Assembly (NCBI GenBank): GCA_048270185.1
Contig: JBLWTJ010000001.1
Coordinates: 896,001-960,000 of the forward strand
Direction of reading: 5' to 3'
Origin: Bacteriovoracaceae bacterium
Lineage (GTDB): Bacteria > Bdellovibrionota > Bacteriovoracia > Bacteriovoracales > Bacteriovoracaceae
Length of the DNA: 64,000 bases
Part shown: in pieces, positions 7,866 to 17,959 of the stretch
Layout: the number at the start of each line of letters is the position of its first letter
How positions within the stretch are numbered: position 1 is the stretch's first letter
Position numbers and translations under genes: made by a program
Notes under the pieces: generated by a model
Seen by the model: the letters and a program-made list of their open reading frames with translations, nothing else
The model's database searches: none
What the model was told of the DNA's origin: nothing

Positions 7866-8290
7866 TACTCTCCTCCTTTAGTAATAGGAGGATTTGTCAT
7901 CGATTTAAAGTGTGCATTTAATGTATCGACTTTCTTCTCTGACTTCCAAGGCTTTTGCCATTGTAGCTTTGTTAATTTGTTTGGAAATTTAAAATAAAAG
8001 AGTTGCCCAGTCTTGGCATCTCCTAAAATATAGCTTTTAACTTGACCATGTGATGAGTTTTCTTGATAGACAACTTCAAATTTAGATTGCGCTATACTAT
8101 CAATGATCTTACTAGAGTCTTTTAGCTCTAATGTTGTCGCTGTCTCACTCTTTTTAAACTCACCATACTTTACAGTGAACTTAGCCTTCTTGGACTTTGA
8201 AAACTGTACGTAGTCCCTCTCAACTTGCTTTATATCTTGAGCAAGAGAGTAAGTAACAAAGAATAGAGAAAGAAATAAAAATCTAACCAT
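7865..8290 (-). CDS. Secreted hypothetical protein
   Basis: Signal peptide MVRFLFLSLFFVTYSLA. Overlaps its neighbours as in an operon. Confidence 0.7.
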   Translation of the reverse strand: MVRFLFLSLFFVTYSLAQDIKQVERDYVQFSKSKKAKFTVKYGEFKKSETATTLELKDSSKIIDSIAQSKFEVVYQENSSHGQVKSYILGDAKTGQLFYFKFPNKLTKLQWQKPWKSEKKVDTLNAHFKSMTNPPITKGGE

Positions 8291-8693
8291 TACCTTCTCT
8301 AGCTTCTCTTTCACTAATTTCTTTTAATTCTTTATAGAGTTTCTTATTCTTTTCAGATAGGGCCTTATTAAGAATAGGCATAAACTCATCTTTTCTCTTC
8401 TTAATTAATGGTTCAATCAACTCCACAAGAAAGTAATTTCCATTTACATCTAAGAGCTCATTAAAAACACGAGCAAGCTCTTTAGCAAGTTCTGGTGACC
8501 AGTCTTTTGTTAACTCATCAGCTGTCTGGCCAACTAAAGTTAATTGCTTATTATCACCATTGCCCTTAATTTTCTTTATTTCTTTTAGCTGCTTAACATA
8601 AGTTTCTTTCATATTTGAAGCGAAAGATGTCGCTCCACTAAAACTAATGATCAGGCAAAATAAAATATGCTTGAGGTACTTTTTAGAGTTCAC
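8283..8693 (-). CDS. Secreted helical protein, candidate immunity/partner of the upstream amidase
   Basis: GTG 8693 with AAGGAG RBS, a signal peptide, and overlap with the amidase stop. Confidence 0.6.
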   Translation of the reverse strand: MNSKKYLKHILFCLIISFSGATSFASNMKETYVKQLKEIKKIKGNGDNKQLTLVGQTADELTKDWSPELAKELARVFNELLDVNGNYFLVELIEPLIKKRKDEFMPILNKALSEKNKKLYKELKEISEREAREGNG

Positions 8694-10149
8694 TAGGTAC
8701 CTCCTTAAGTTGTTTCTTATACTCATCAGGTATCTGATAATAAATTCCAATTGGTCTTCTCATACCACCGACTCTCGTTGGTTCATCATTAATAAAGTCA
8801 CTAATATACTCATTCTCAGATGCTTTAATTTCTATATGCCCAGGGGCCCCGCGACGTACTCCATCAACAGTAGTCGTACGACCTGAACGAATCTTTTCAT
8901 AAACAATAATAGCACCAGGAGGCGCTGTTTCTGGAGTTAGATGTGCCATTTCAGGGTAATCAAGAATATTTTCAAACCCTAACTTCTTAAGCCATCTTCC
9001 ACCTTCAACAGCGTCGTCTGCATTTTTCCCCCAAGGATACTCAGAGAAATTAGCAAATCGTTTTCCTTCTTCTGCTGGATATGGGTAGAGAGCATGCTTT
9101 ACATAGGCAGCACACTTTGCAATTGATTTCGTCTTAGGTTTTGATTTCGAATATCTTGTACCCTTACAAAGCCCTCTTAGACATTCTGTTGTATTATCCC
9201 TAATTCTAGTTATGGTATCTTTCATACGTTCATCTTCAACTGAAGCTGTGATTGCTTGCTCAAGAATACCGCGGTTAAAGAGCCTAGCTTCCTCTTGCTT
9301 CTTTTCAAGCTCTTCAAGATATTCAACGGCCTTTGTCCCAAGTCCATTTGTAATTTTATCAATTTCATCTTGATTAAATGGCGTGATCACATCAGGAAGA
9401 AAAGAAATTAAATTTTGCACATCCATACATTGAACAACGGTTTTCGTTGTATTTTCCATAATCCAAGTTAAATTTTTACAATAATCAAAGTTTGTAGAAG
9501 AGACCTCACAAGAACGCATTGACTCAGCGGCAATTGCAATATAGGCACTTAATTTCTTTGGGTCCTCTTGTAAACTAATTAAATGATCCATCCCTGCAAC
9601 ATGATCTTTTAGGAAATCATCAATACAAGATGAAGTAGCAAGATTTGGATCAGAATCATCTGTTGTTGTACAGATCCCCTTACCATCATCTCCAGGGCCA
9701 AAGATTATGGGATTACAGCGAAAGAGATTCGCACCACCACAGCTATTCTTATAGCCTTCACCAAAAATTTCCATTTCAGGGTTATCTCGAACAGATCGAG
9801 ACCATGGAGCAACACACTTTCCATTTTTAATATTGGTCATCCAACCACCAAAATTACAAAAGATAGTAGGATCTTCAATTGTTGCATAAGCACTATTAAA
9901 AAGATTTTCGAGTAAGTAGAAATTATTCTGTGTTAAATAGACATTGATTTTTTCTTGCTCATACTTTGTCTTCTTAGCTTTCTGCTCTAAGACCTTCATG
10001 AGATTGAAATGAAACTCTTTCCTCTCACCTAAACTTAACTGTCCATAGGCGATATCAACTCGCTCATTGGTCCACTGGTAATCAGCGGCCGACACACTTG
10101 TCGCCAAAGCAGTAAAGACTAAGGCCAAATTGATAAATACTCTTCTCAC
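8683..10149 (-). CDS. Secreted protein with Cys-rich N-domain and C-terminal CHAP/NlpC-P60-like peptidoglycan amidase domain
   Basis: Signal peptide. KCAAYVKHAL (catalytic Cys), GAIIVY, GHIEI (catalytic His) and YISDF. Confidence 0.7.
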   Translation of the reverse strand: MRRVFINLALVFTALATSVSAADYQWTNERVDIAYGQLSLGERKEFHFNLMKVLEQKAKKTKYEQEKINVYLTQNNFYLLENLFNSAYATIEDPTIFCNFGGWMTNIKNGKCVAPWSRSVRDNPEMEIFGEGYKNSCGGANLFRCNPIIFGPGDDGKGICTTTDDSDPNLATSSCIDDFLKDHVAGMDHLISLQEDPKKLSAYIAIAAESMRSCEVSSTNFDYCKNLTWIMENTTKTVVQCMDVQNLISFLPDVITPFNQDEIDKITNGLGTKAVEYLEELEKKQEEARLFNRGILEQAITASVEDERMKDTITRIRDNTTECLRGLCKGTRYSKSKPKTKSIAKCAAYVKHALYPYPAEEGKRFANFSEYPWGKNADDAVEGGRWLKKLGFENILDYPEMAHLTPETAPPGAIIVYEKIRSGRTTTVDGVRRGAPGHIEIKASENEYISDFINDEPTRVGGMRRPIGIYYQIPDEYKKQLKEVPSEL

Positions 10150-10178
10150 ATCTTCCCCATAAGAAACTATAGTGTTCC

Positions 10179-10205
10179 TATCGGTTAATCCTTAAATTTC
10201 CTTTA
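10179..10205 (-). promoter_or_regulatory. Sigma28 (FliA)-type promoter
   Basis: Minus strand TAAAG-N16-CCGATA, 30 bp upstream of the amidase start. Confidence 0.65.
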
Positions 10206-10370
10206 GACACTTTAATTTCTTGTCGTCAATGAACTAAGTTACTGATAATTGGCTTAATATTTATTAATATGTGTGATTTAACAGAAGTAATTTCAATGTA
10301 AAAAGTACATAAATTCTATCTAGTTAAGAAAATATGCTATGTATCTCCTAATTTATATTTTGGAGATATT

Positions 10371-10964
10371 ATGAAATTTTTTTTATGCTTAATTATTAGT
10401 ATTTTTTCACTTACAAATGTAAACGCTCAATCCTGTACTGAACAGTATGAACAGATAGTAAAAAACGATAAGTTCCTACCACAAGAAGTAAAGAATGCCA
10501 TTTCAGTCTCGGCCGGTGTTACTGGTGGTTTTTTAACTTATGTAGCAGCTTCATTCGTTGCACCGGGTGCTCCACTAGTTTTTGCAGCAATAGGTGCATT
10601 AACAACACAAAAATCAGTTTATAAAAATCTCTTTAGCGAATCTGGGGAAGCATTTACAGAGGTATATAAATTCTCTTTTAACAATACAAAATCAAAAATT
10701 GGTCAGGAGCTAGTTGCGAAACTAATTATTGAAGGAAAAAATAAAGAAGAAGCGATTAATCGTGTAAAGTCTATGGCCGCAATTACAAAGGACTTAATGG
10801 AATCAGATGCACTTTGTAATGGAGAGGTTTCAAAACTAGGTGAAGAAATTGTCACATATAAGAAACGTCATAAAGGTCATAAGATAAAAGTTAAAACGAC
10901 AAAAACCAGAAAGCTTGCACATATTGAAGAAGTTCTAAACTATATAAAAGATAATAATCTCTAA
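10371..10964 (+). CDS. Secreted hypothetical protein with Gly/Ala-rich hydrophobic hairpin
   Basis: Signal peptide, RBS GGAG, and a hydrophobic segment SAGVTGGFLTYVAASFVAPGAPLVFAAIGA. Confidence 0.7.
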   Translation: MKFFLCLIISIFSLTNVNAQSCTEQYEQIVKNDKFLPQEVKNAISVSAGVTGGFLTYVAASFVAPGAPLVFAAIGALTTQKSVYKNLFSESGEAFTEVYKFSFNNTKSKIGQELVAKLIIEGKNKEEAINRVKSMAAITKDLMESDALCNGEVSKLGEEIVTYKKRHKGHKIKVKTTKTRKLAHIEEVLNYIKDNNL

Positions 10965-10966
10965 TA

Positions 10967-11013
10967 TTTTTGGTCATATAGCTCTGCATAGATAATTGCT
11001 ATATGACCAAAAA
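10967..11013. terminator. Terminator-like inverted repeat
   Basis: TTTTTGGTCATATAGC / GCTATATGACCAAAAA immediately after the stop codon. Confidence 0.65.
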
Positions 11014-11296
11014 AATTATCTACCTTAAGTTCATTTACGATAGCATATCAACGGAAAAAGAATTCGTGATTTCAAGCAATTAGGCTATCTAATGACTAAA
11101 AATTAACACAAAAACATGATATATGTCAGTAGATTTTTCATTATTTTCTGCAGATTTCTACGTACTTTCACGCGATTTTTATACACAAAATTTACATAGA
11201 AAGAGTAAGTGTACATTATTAGTAAGGATTTAAACACACCACATTAGTACATTTCTCATTTTTGATGTTAAAAACTAAATCCATTAAAATAGCTGC

Positions 11297-11671
11297 ATGG
11301 AAACAATTCTTAAAACAATAATCGTTGCAGAAGACGACCTTACTTTAAACGAACTCTATGTAGAGGTCTTAGAATCTTATGGCTTCAAAAGTATTGGTTT
11401 TGAAGACGGAAAGAAAGCATTACTATACGCAATCACTAATAAAGTTGACTTCATTCTTACAGATTTAAAAATGCCGACAATGGACGGGATCGAACTCCTA
11501 GAAGAAATACGAAATATTCACCCGAAGGATCCACCAGTTCTAATCATTACAGGTTACGCTGATGCAAAAACAAGACAACAAGCACAAAACTTAGGGGCCA
11601 TAGGCTTATTATCAAAACCTTTTAACTTTGATGAAATCATTAAAATAATCAACACAAATATAAAAAGCTAA
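11297..11671 (+). CDS. Stand-alone response regulator receiver (CheY-like)
   Basis: AEDD, TDLKMP, ITG and SKPF motifs. Confidence 0.9.
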   Translation: METILKTIIVAEDDLTLNELYVEVLESYGFKSIGFEDGKKALLYAITNKVDFILTDLKMPTMDGIELLEEIRNIHPKDPPVLIITGYADAKTRQQAQNLGAIGLLSKPFNFDEIIKIINTNIKS

Positions 11672-11674
11672 GTC

Positions 11675-14635
11675 ATGAAACTACACAGAGAGAATAAAGA
11701 CTTACTCACATTAATAACGAGTATAATAGTAGTCTTTATAGGCTCTATTGTTGTAATTGGTTGGATAATGAATATCCCCACTTTCGTTCAAATCTCAAAG
11801 AGCTTTGTTCCTATGCAATTAAATACAGCAATATGCTTTATTCTTTCAGGAATCATTTTAAATTACTCCTTAGGAAGAAAGAAATACTCTCACTTCTATC
11901 AAATTCTATCGATTACGCTATTTATGATTTCTTTTACTACATTACTTCAATATATTCTCGGTCATAATTATGGAATCGATGAATTTTTGATGAAGCATTA
12001 TATTCTAACCAAATCCACATTCCCGGGGCGAATGTCCCCTAATAGTGCAACATGTTTTATCCTTGTTTCTCTTACAAGCTTAGTTAAAGTCTTTCTCTCA
12101 AGATACAAAGTATATCTGAATCTACAATTATTAATCATCAGTCTCTTGTTTACTCTATCTGCAACTGCATTTTTAGGATATATATTTAGCCTAGATGTAA
12201 CATTTGTTTGGCAAAAGTATACAAGAATGGCGCTACATACATCACTAACATTCCTTATTATTGCATCAACTAGTTTCTACAACACAATATCATCTATAAA
12301 AGAAGATAACGACTATAATTGGATCCCAATACCTACTACACTTGGCTTTCTTTTTACATTTGTTTTAATCGGGCAAATTATAAAACAAACGGAAATCAAT
12401 AATATCAAACAAGTGATTCAAAATGAAACAAACTCGCTCAGAAGTCGAATTGAAATAATAATCGATGATAAAGTAAATGATTTAAAAAGATTGGCTAAAC
12501 GATCTGACATATATAAACAACAGGATGAAAATGCATGGAAGAAAGATGCTTTTAGCTATCTTGAGGCAAATGAACAATATATTCAGCTGCAAAGAATTAC
12601 AGAAAATGCAAAATGGACAGTTACAGCACATAACAAAGAAGTCTATTTCGAAAATAAGGCAAAGAAAGAAGAAATTCTTAAACAAGTAAAAAAATTAGAA
12701 AAAACACTATTTAGTCGTATATTTTCAATACGAGATATAGATGAGAAAAAAAATCGTAATGTATTCTATATAGCAATACCAAGATTTGACTTTAACAAAT
12801 ATGTAGAGACAACTCTAGTACTTGTTGATGTCGAGAAACTATTTAAAAGTATGTTACTAAACATTGACTCACAAAGCTTTCATATAAGATTTAAAGAAAA
12901 CGATAAAATTATTTATACAAATACTCACTCTGATATATCAAGTATTACTCCAGTCAATTTTGATCTAAATAGCTACAATGATAATAATTGGATAATACAA
13001 ATAAATGTAACCGAACAATATGTTGATTCTTTTCGTTCTTCTATTGGTGAAGTGATTCTAATTTTTGGAGCTTTTTCTTCATTACTAGCAGGTTTACTCA
13101 TTTATATCTATCAAGATGCCAGAACACTAAAAGTAAAAGCTCAAGAGACTGAGAAAATTAAATCAGCAATTCTTGCAAATATGAGTCATGAAATAAGAAC
13201 TCCAATGAATGGTATCATTGGGATGGCAGACTTACTCTCTGATAACTTGAGTAATAAAGAAGATATTAATAAATTAAATATAATAAAAGAAAGTGGTTCT
13301 GCGCTATTAAAAATAATTAATGATATTCTAGACTTCTCAAAACTTGAAGCAGGAAAAATTCATCTTGATGAACAAAATTTCAATATTAGAGAATTAATTA
13401 CTAAGATTACGCAATTATTTGAAATTGAAGCTCATGCAAAAGGTATATATTTAAAAGTTGAATATGAAAAAGACTTTCCAGAATATATCTGCTCTGATGA
13501 GTACAGAATAAGACAAATTATCAATAATCTACTTAACAATGCCATTAAGTTTACGAGTAAAGGCGGAGTGCTTATCAAAGCATCAGCAAAGAAAACTTTA
13601 ACTCAGGGTCATGATATTTCAATATCAATCATCGACACAGGTATCGGTATATCAAAACAGAACCAAGACCTACTCTTTCGAGACTTCTCACAAGTTGACC
13701 TATCCACAACAAGAAGATTTGGCGGAACAGGACTTGGTCTCTCGATATGCAAAAAACTTGCAACATATTTCAATGGTTCAATCACAGTAGAGAGTGAACT
13801 AGAAAAAGGTGCAACATTCACATTTAACTTCAAAGCAAATACTCTTTGTGAGGGACTGACCACTACGACAAAAACAAATAATATAAAACTAGATAAGCAA
13901 TCATTGAAGCTTGATATACTTGTAGTTGATGATAATGTTATTAATAGAAAAATCGCACAAGAAATATTAAAAAAATTCAATTGTAATACTTATTCTGCAT
14001 CTAATGGAAATGAAGCTCTCCTTATTATTGAGAAAAATAAGATTGATATAATATTAATGGATTGTCACATGCCTATTTTAGATGGTTATAAGACAACTCA
14101 GAAAATTATTGAAACCTATGGTGAAAATAGACCTCTAATTATTGCACTAACTGCAAGTACGATGAAAGAAGATATTTTAAAATGTGAAGAGTACGGAATG
14201 GACGATTTTCTAGCAAAACCTATCACATCTAAAGCTGTTTATAAGGTACTCTCAAAATATAAAGAAGTGGATCAAGTAAATAAAACATTAAGTAGTTTAA
14301 AGAGTGATCTTTTAAGCTACTTTGATGGTGATGAGAAGTTTATGAAAGAATCAATTGATTTACTCCTAAGTTCACAAAAGAAAATGCTTAATAATATAAG
14401 TAAGGCCATTCACACAAAGGATGCGCATAAAATTAAGAATGCGACCCATACCTACATAGGTGCTATCTCTAACTTTGGTTTAAATGAACTTGTAACTCAG
14501 GCCCAGTTGATAGAGAAAAATGGACAAGCACATAAGTTTAACACTTGCGAATTCCAGTACTTAGAACTTAAACGACAATCTCAATTATCAGAGAAGTATT
14601 TAAAGCAAATTAGCGAAGAAACAAAAAATGTCTAA
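11675..14635 (+). CDS. Membrane hybrid histidine kinase (multi-TM sensor, HisKA, HATPase, REC, HPt)
   Basis: MSHEIRTPMNG, N/G/F boxes, VDDN..MDCHMP..KP, and an HPt-like HTYIGA. Confidence 0.92.
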   Translation: MKLHRENKDLLTLITSIIVVFIGSIVVIGWIMNIPTFVQISKSFVPMQLNTAICFILSGIILNYSLGRKKYSHFYQILSITLFMISFTTLLQYILGHNYGIDEFLMKHYILTKSTFPGRMSPNSATCFILVSLTSLVKVFLSRYKVYLNLQLLIISLLFTLSATAFLGYIFSLDVTFVWQKYTRMALHTSLTFLIIASTSFYNTISSIKEDNDYNWIPIPTTLGFLFTFVLIGQIIKQTEINNIKQVIQNETNSLRSRIEIIIDDKVNDLKRLAKRSDIYKQQDENAWKKDAFSYLEANEQYIQLQRITENAKWTVTAHNKEVYFENKAKKEEILKQVKKLEKTLFSRIFSIRDIDEKKNRNVFYIAIPRFDFNKYVETTLVLVDVEKLFKSMLLNIDSQSFHIRFKENDKIIYTNTHSDISSITPVNFDLNSYNDNNWIIQINVTEQYVDSFRSSIGEVILIFGAFSSLLAGLLIYIYQDARTLKVKAQETEKIKSAILANMSHEIRTPMNGIIGMADLLSDNLSNKEDINKLNIIKESGSALLKIINDILDFSKLEAGKIHLDEQNFNIRELITKITQLFEIEAHAKGIYLKVEYEKDFPEYICSDEYRIRQIINNLLNNAIKFTSKGGVLIKASAKKTLTQGHDISISIIDTGIGISKQNQDLLFRDFSQVDLSTTRRFGGTGLGLSICKKLATYFNGSITVESELEKGATFTFNFKANTLCEGLTTTTKTNNIKLDKQSLKLDILVVDDNVINRKIAQEILKKFNCNTYSASNGNEALLIIEKNKIDIILMDCHMPILDGYKTTQKIIETYGENRPLIIALTASTMKEDILKCEEYGMDDFLAKPITSKAVYKVLSKYKEVDQVNKTLSSLKSDLLSYFDGDEKFMKESIDLLLSSQKKMLNNISKAIHTKDAHKIKNATHTYIGAISNFGLNELVTQAQLIEKNGQAHKFNTCEFQYLELKRQSQLSEKYLKQISEETKNV

Positions 14636-14724
14636 ATAATTGACGACTCTAAATATTTTTTACTTCCTCTAATAATCTCTCTTAAATTCGGTATACTGCC
14701 AAGAAACCAATAAGAGAGAGAAAA

Positions 14725-15726
14725 ATGAAAAAACTTCTATGTATTAGTCTTGCGACCTTACTCGCATTTAACACTGTCGCTCAAGAGATCCCAGGGCAGG
14801 TCTCAGCTCAAGAGTCACAGGAACAAGTAACTCAAAATGAAGAAATTATATCTGATGATAATGAAACGATTGAAGTTCGTGAAAAGAATGAAAGGCTAAA
14901 TGAAGAGATTTACGACATCCTAGGAGAGAACGAAACTCTTGTACAACTAAATGATGCAAAAGATCTAATTCTCGACGAAGAAGATGAGTCCGACCTCGAT
15001 ATTATTAAGGCCATTCCACGAGACGCTTGGGCCCTTGTTAAAGCTCCAGCAGGCTGGTCAAAGAGGCAGTGGATTGTAGCGAGTGGTGCTGTTTCAATTT
15101 CAACAATGATTATGGTTGGAGATAAGCGTATTGCAGACTTCTTTCAGGCCAATAAGTCAGAATTTACAGAAGATGTCGCCTTCTGGGCAGAAAAAGGTGG
15201 AAGCCAGGCCCATATCGGTTTAGCTGCAACTTATGTTGTTGGAACAATTCTAAAAAATAAAAAACTTAAGAAAGCAGCTACACTTGCCTTCTCAAGCATG
15301 CTTATTAGTGGTGTTGTTGTTCAAGGTCTTAAAAAAGTTATTGGTCGAACTCGCCCATATGCAACGAATTCACAATGGGACTTCAAAGGGCCAGTACAGA
15401 TGTCATCGAGACATAACTCATTCCCGTCAGGGCATACTGCTTCAGCATTTGCCGTTGCAGCAAGTATTGCTACAGTTTATGACAGTAAACTCGTTAAAAT
15501 CCTGGCCTATGCAGCTGCTGCACTGACAGGTCTTTCAAGAGTACACGATAATAAACACTGGATGTCAGATGTATTTATGGGAGCTGTTATAGGAACTGCT
15601 TCAGGTATCTTTATTACAAAGAGACACATGAATAATAATTCTAAGAAGAAACTACAAGTTTATCCAACATATATCAACACTGGAGGCCAAAGTGGCGTTG
15701 GTGTTGGAATCAGACTAAGATTTTAA
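14725..15726 (+). CDS. PAP2-family phosphatase
   Basis: KKVIGRTRP, SFPSGH and SRVHDNKHWMSD. Confidence 0.88.
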   Translation: MKKLLCISLATLLAFNTVAQEIPGQVSAQESQEQVTQNEEIISDDNETIEVREKNERLNEEIYDILGENETLVQLNDAKDLILDEEDESDLDIIKAIPRDAWALVKAPAGWSKRQWIVASGAVSISTMIMVGDKRIADFFQANKSEFTEDVAFWAEKGGSQAHIGLAATYVVGTILKNKKLKKAATLAFSSMLISGVVVQGLKKVIGRTRPYATNSQWDFKGPVQMSSRHNSFPSGHTASAFAVAASIATVYDSKLVKILAYAAAALTGLSRVHDNKHWMSDVFMGAVIGTASGIFITKRHMNNNSKKKLQVYPTYINTGGQSGVGVGIRLRF

Positions 15727-15743
15727 TAAAAACAAAGGAGCTC

Positions 15744-16169
15744 TTAATGAGCTCCTTTTAGATCACTCTTATTAAAGGCATCAGACACGAAAACTTCAAC
15801 AAGGGCATTGAGGGCGTCTGTTACAGTAAAAATCCCATAAACTTTCCCATTATCATCAAGGACAATTGCCGAACCAATCTTGTTGGCCGACAACTCATAG
15901 GCAACCCGGCCAATTCCTTCATCTTTATGGACGGATAGAATATCTTCGCTCATAAAGTCATTAACCAGTACCTCACTACTCCAGTCTGATCCAAGGACCC
16001 CCATGACATCTCTTTCAGAAATGATTCCAATAATATTGTTACCATTACTAACGGGAAGATGCCTGATGTCGTTTTCAATCATTAGCTCATAGGCTTCTTG
16101 GGCCCTCGCATTTTGATCGATAACATGAATAATTGGAGTAGTAAATTCTTTGACTTTTATATTTTGCAT
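15744..16169 (-). CDS. CBS domain pair protein
   Basis: IRHLPV..GIISERD and IGSAIV..GIFTVTD. RBS GGAGG. Confidence 0.88.
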   Translation of the reverse strand: MQNIKVKEFTTPIIHVIDQNARAQEAYELMIENDIRHLPVSNGNNIIGIISERDVMGVLGSDWSSEVLVNDFMSEDILSVHKDEGIGRVAYELSANKIGSAIVLDDNGKVYGIFTVTDALNALVEVFVSDAFNKSDLKGAH

Positions 16170-16191
16170 GACAACCTCCATGGTTTATTAA

Positions 16192-16233
16192 AGATTATCA
16201 TATTCATGAAATGCAATATTTGATCTATGTCAG
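16192..16233 (-). promoter_or_regulatory. Candidate FNR/CRP-family class II promoter for the CBS gene
   Basis: TTGATCTATGTCAG box (16220-16233) is centred at -41.5 relative to an extended -10 TGA-TAATCT. Confidence 0.45.
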
Positions 16234-16252
16234 TTAAATGTAAATTTTATTT

Positions 16253-17440
16253 CTAATCGAGATACTTTTTAATTTCTTCTTCAAAACGATCAAGTACTTT
16301 CTTGTCATAAGTAATTGAGCCATGACCAGAAATACCTTGCCCCTTCATATAGATATTTTCAGCATTCTGCATTGGACTGCCGTGAATTCCAAAACGTGCA
16401 GCATCTCCTCCAACTTTTAATCCTAGGCGATCTTCATTTTGATAGAAGTTTATATGGTTTTCAACATTAGTTGGTTTATATAGTTTATGAGGCTGATCTC
16501 TAGTCCAAACGGCTGAGTATGGATAATCTTTTCCACTACCTCCACTCATTTTCCACTGAAGGTATCTAATTGGTTCACCTGCTTTTTGTGGTACCACTTC
16601 CTCAATGGCATGATGGGCCTCTTTAACAGGGTCAATGGAGAATGCTAAATCAATATGGGCCGAGGGTAAATCCTTCTTAACATGCTCGGCAAACTTTACG
16701 AGTGAGCGTCCACCTGAACTATGACTAACAACAACTACTTTGACTTCAATTCCCATTGCCCAAGCATCTGTCATATAGCTTTTAATACAGTCTCGTGCAT
16801 TTTGAATTCCTTTAGGGTTTGAAGCAATTGAATCCTTTATTTCACCATAGAGTTTTTTCAAAGATAGGCTCTTGGCCTCATCAAGCCCAGCTAATTGCTC
16901 AACTTCCTCAGATGGGAAACTGTACCAATCAACTTTATTTGAGTCTTTAATCTCTGTCAGACTAGACATCACGCCAGCTTGAAGGCCTGACCACTTAGAA
17001 TCCTTTTTCTTATCGGCTTTGTAGATCTCACGAGTCGTGGCATATATTTTAGATGAAATAGTAGAGTCTACTTTTCCATTTCCAAAACACTTATTAAAAA
17101 GTGCCATTGTTCCTGCAACTAGAGGCTCATAAGCCCCAGTACCTTCAAAGGCAATAATCAAAACCTTTGAGTCTTTCGTTGGACTACACAAGTTCATCCT
17201 CTTAGTCACCATATGGCGATCAGGTGCATCTTTCATCTTTGCAATTTTATAGAAATACTCCAAAGACTCTTTTAACTCTTCATTAGTTTTTATCATTGGC
17301 ATTTTGTCACAAAGGGACTGCATACTTGATAACTGCTTAACAGAGTCAAGACTATCTGGAACGTCTTGATTCATACAAGTTGCGGCTTCAACAGAAATAT
17401 AAAAAAATAGTGTCAGAAAAATGCGGCTAAACTTATCCAT
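16253..17440 (-). CDS. Secreted alpha/beta-hydrolase-like protein
   Basis: Signal peptide, FEGTG, nucleophile elbow SHSSGG, SIDP, and a C-terminal His. Confidence 0.6.
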   Translation of the reverse strand: MDKFSRIFLTLFFYISVEAATCMNQDVPDSLDSVKQLSSMQSLCDKMPMIKTNEELKESLEYFYKIAKMKDAPDRHMVTKRMNLCSPTKDSKVLIIAFEGTGAYEPLVAGTMALFNKCFGNGKVDSTISSKIYATTREIYKADKKKDSKWSGLQAGVMSSLTEIKDSNKVDWYSFPSEEVEQLAGLDEAKSLSLKKLYGEIKDSIASNPKGIQNARDCIKSYMTDAWAMGIEVKVVVVSHSSGGRSLVKFAEHVKKDLPSAHIDLAFSIDPVKEAHHAIEEVVPQKAGEPIRYLQWKMSGGSGKDYPYSAVWTRDQPHKLYKPTNVENHINFYQNEDRLGLKVGGDAARFGIHGSPMQNAENIYMKGQGISGHGSITYDKKVLDRFEEEIKKYLD

Positions 17441-17446
17441 ATCCCA

Positions 17447-17474
17447 TTATCGTCCAAAACACTATTGTAGTTAA
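17447..17474 (-). promoter_or_regulatory. Sigma28-type promoter candidate
   Basis: Minus strand TTAAC-N16-ACGATAA immediately upstream of the hydrolase start. Confidence 0.4.
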
Positions 17475-17590
17475 TTTTTATTTAAACTCCTCAAGGATAT
17501 TAGATGCTTATACCTGTAACCTTTGTTATTTCAGAACCTTAGAACAAAAGACTTTAACATGTGTATTAAGTGAAATATAATTTATTCACT

Positions 17591-17959
17591 ATGGCTGTAA
17601 AAAAACTTATCCTAGTCGCAGAAGACGAACCAATATTGAATGAAATGTATGTTGAGACTTTCGAGTCTCTTGGTTATGACAGTGTCGGTGTCCTTGATGG
17701 AGCTGAAGCCTTAAAATATGCCCAATCGAACAAAATTGATTTTGTCGTTACAGATTTAAAAATGCCAAATATGGATGGTGTTACCCTCTTAAAAGAGCTG
17801 AGAAAGATTGACCCAGAGATCCCACCAGTCTTAATTGTAACTGGTTTTGCTGATGAAATTAATAGTCAGAGTGCAATTGATTTAGGTGCCATCGGGCTTA
17901 TTACCAAGCCTTTCAATTTTGATCATGTTATCAACTATATTGAAAATGAGACTGCTTAG
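17591..17959 (+). CDS. Stand-alone response regulator receiver (paralog of 11297-11671)
   Basis: AEDE, TDLKMP and TKPF. Confidence 0.9.
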   Translation: MAVKKLILVAEDEPILNEMYVETFESLGYDSVGVLDGAEALKYAQSNKIDFVVTDLKMPNMDGVTLLKELRKIDPEIPPVLIVTGFADEINSQSAIDLGAIGLITKPFNFDHVINYIENETA

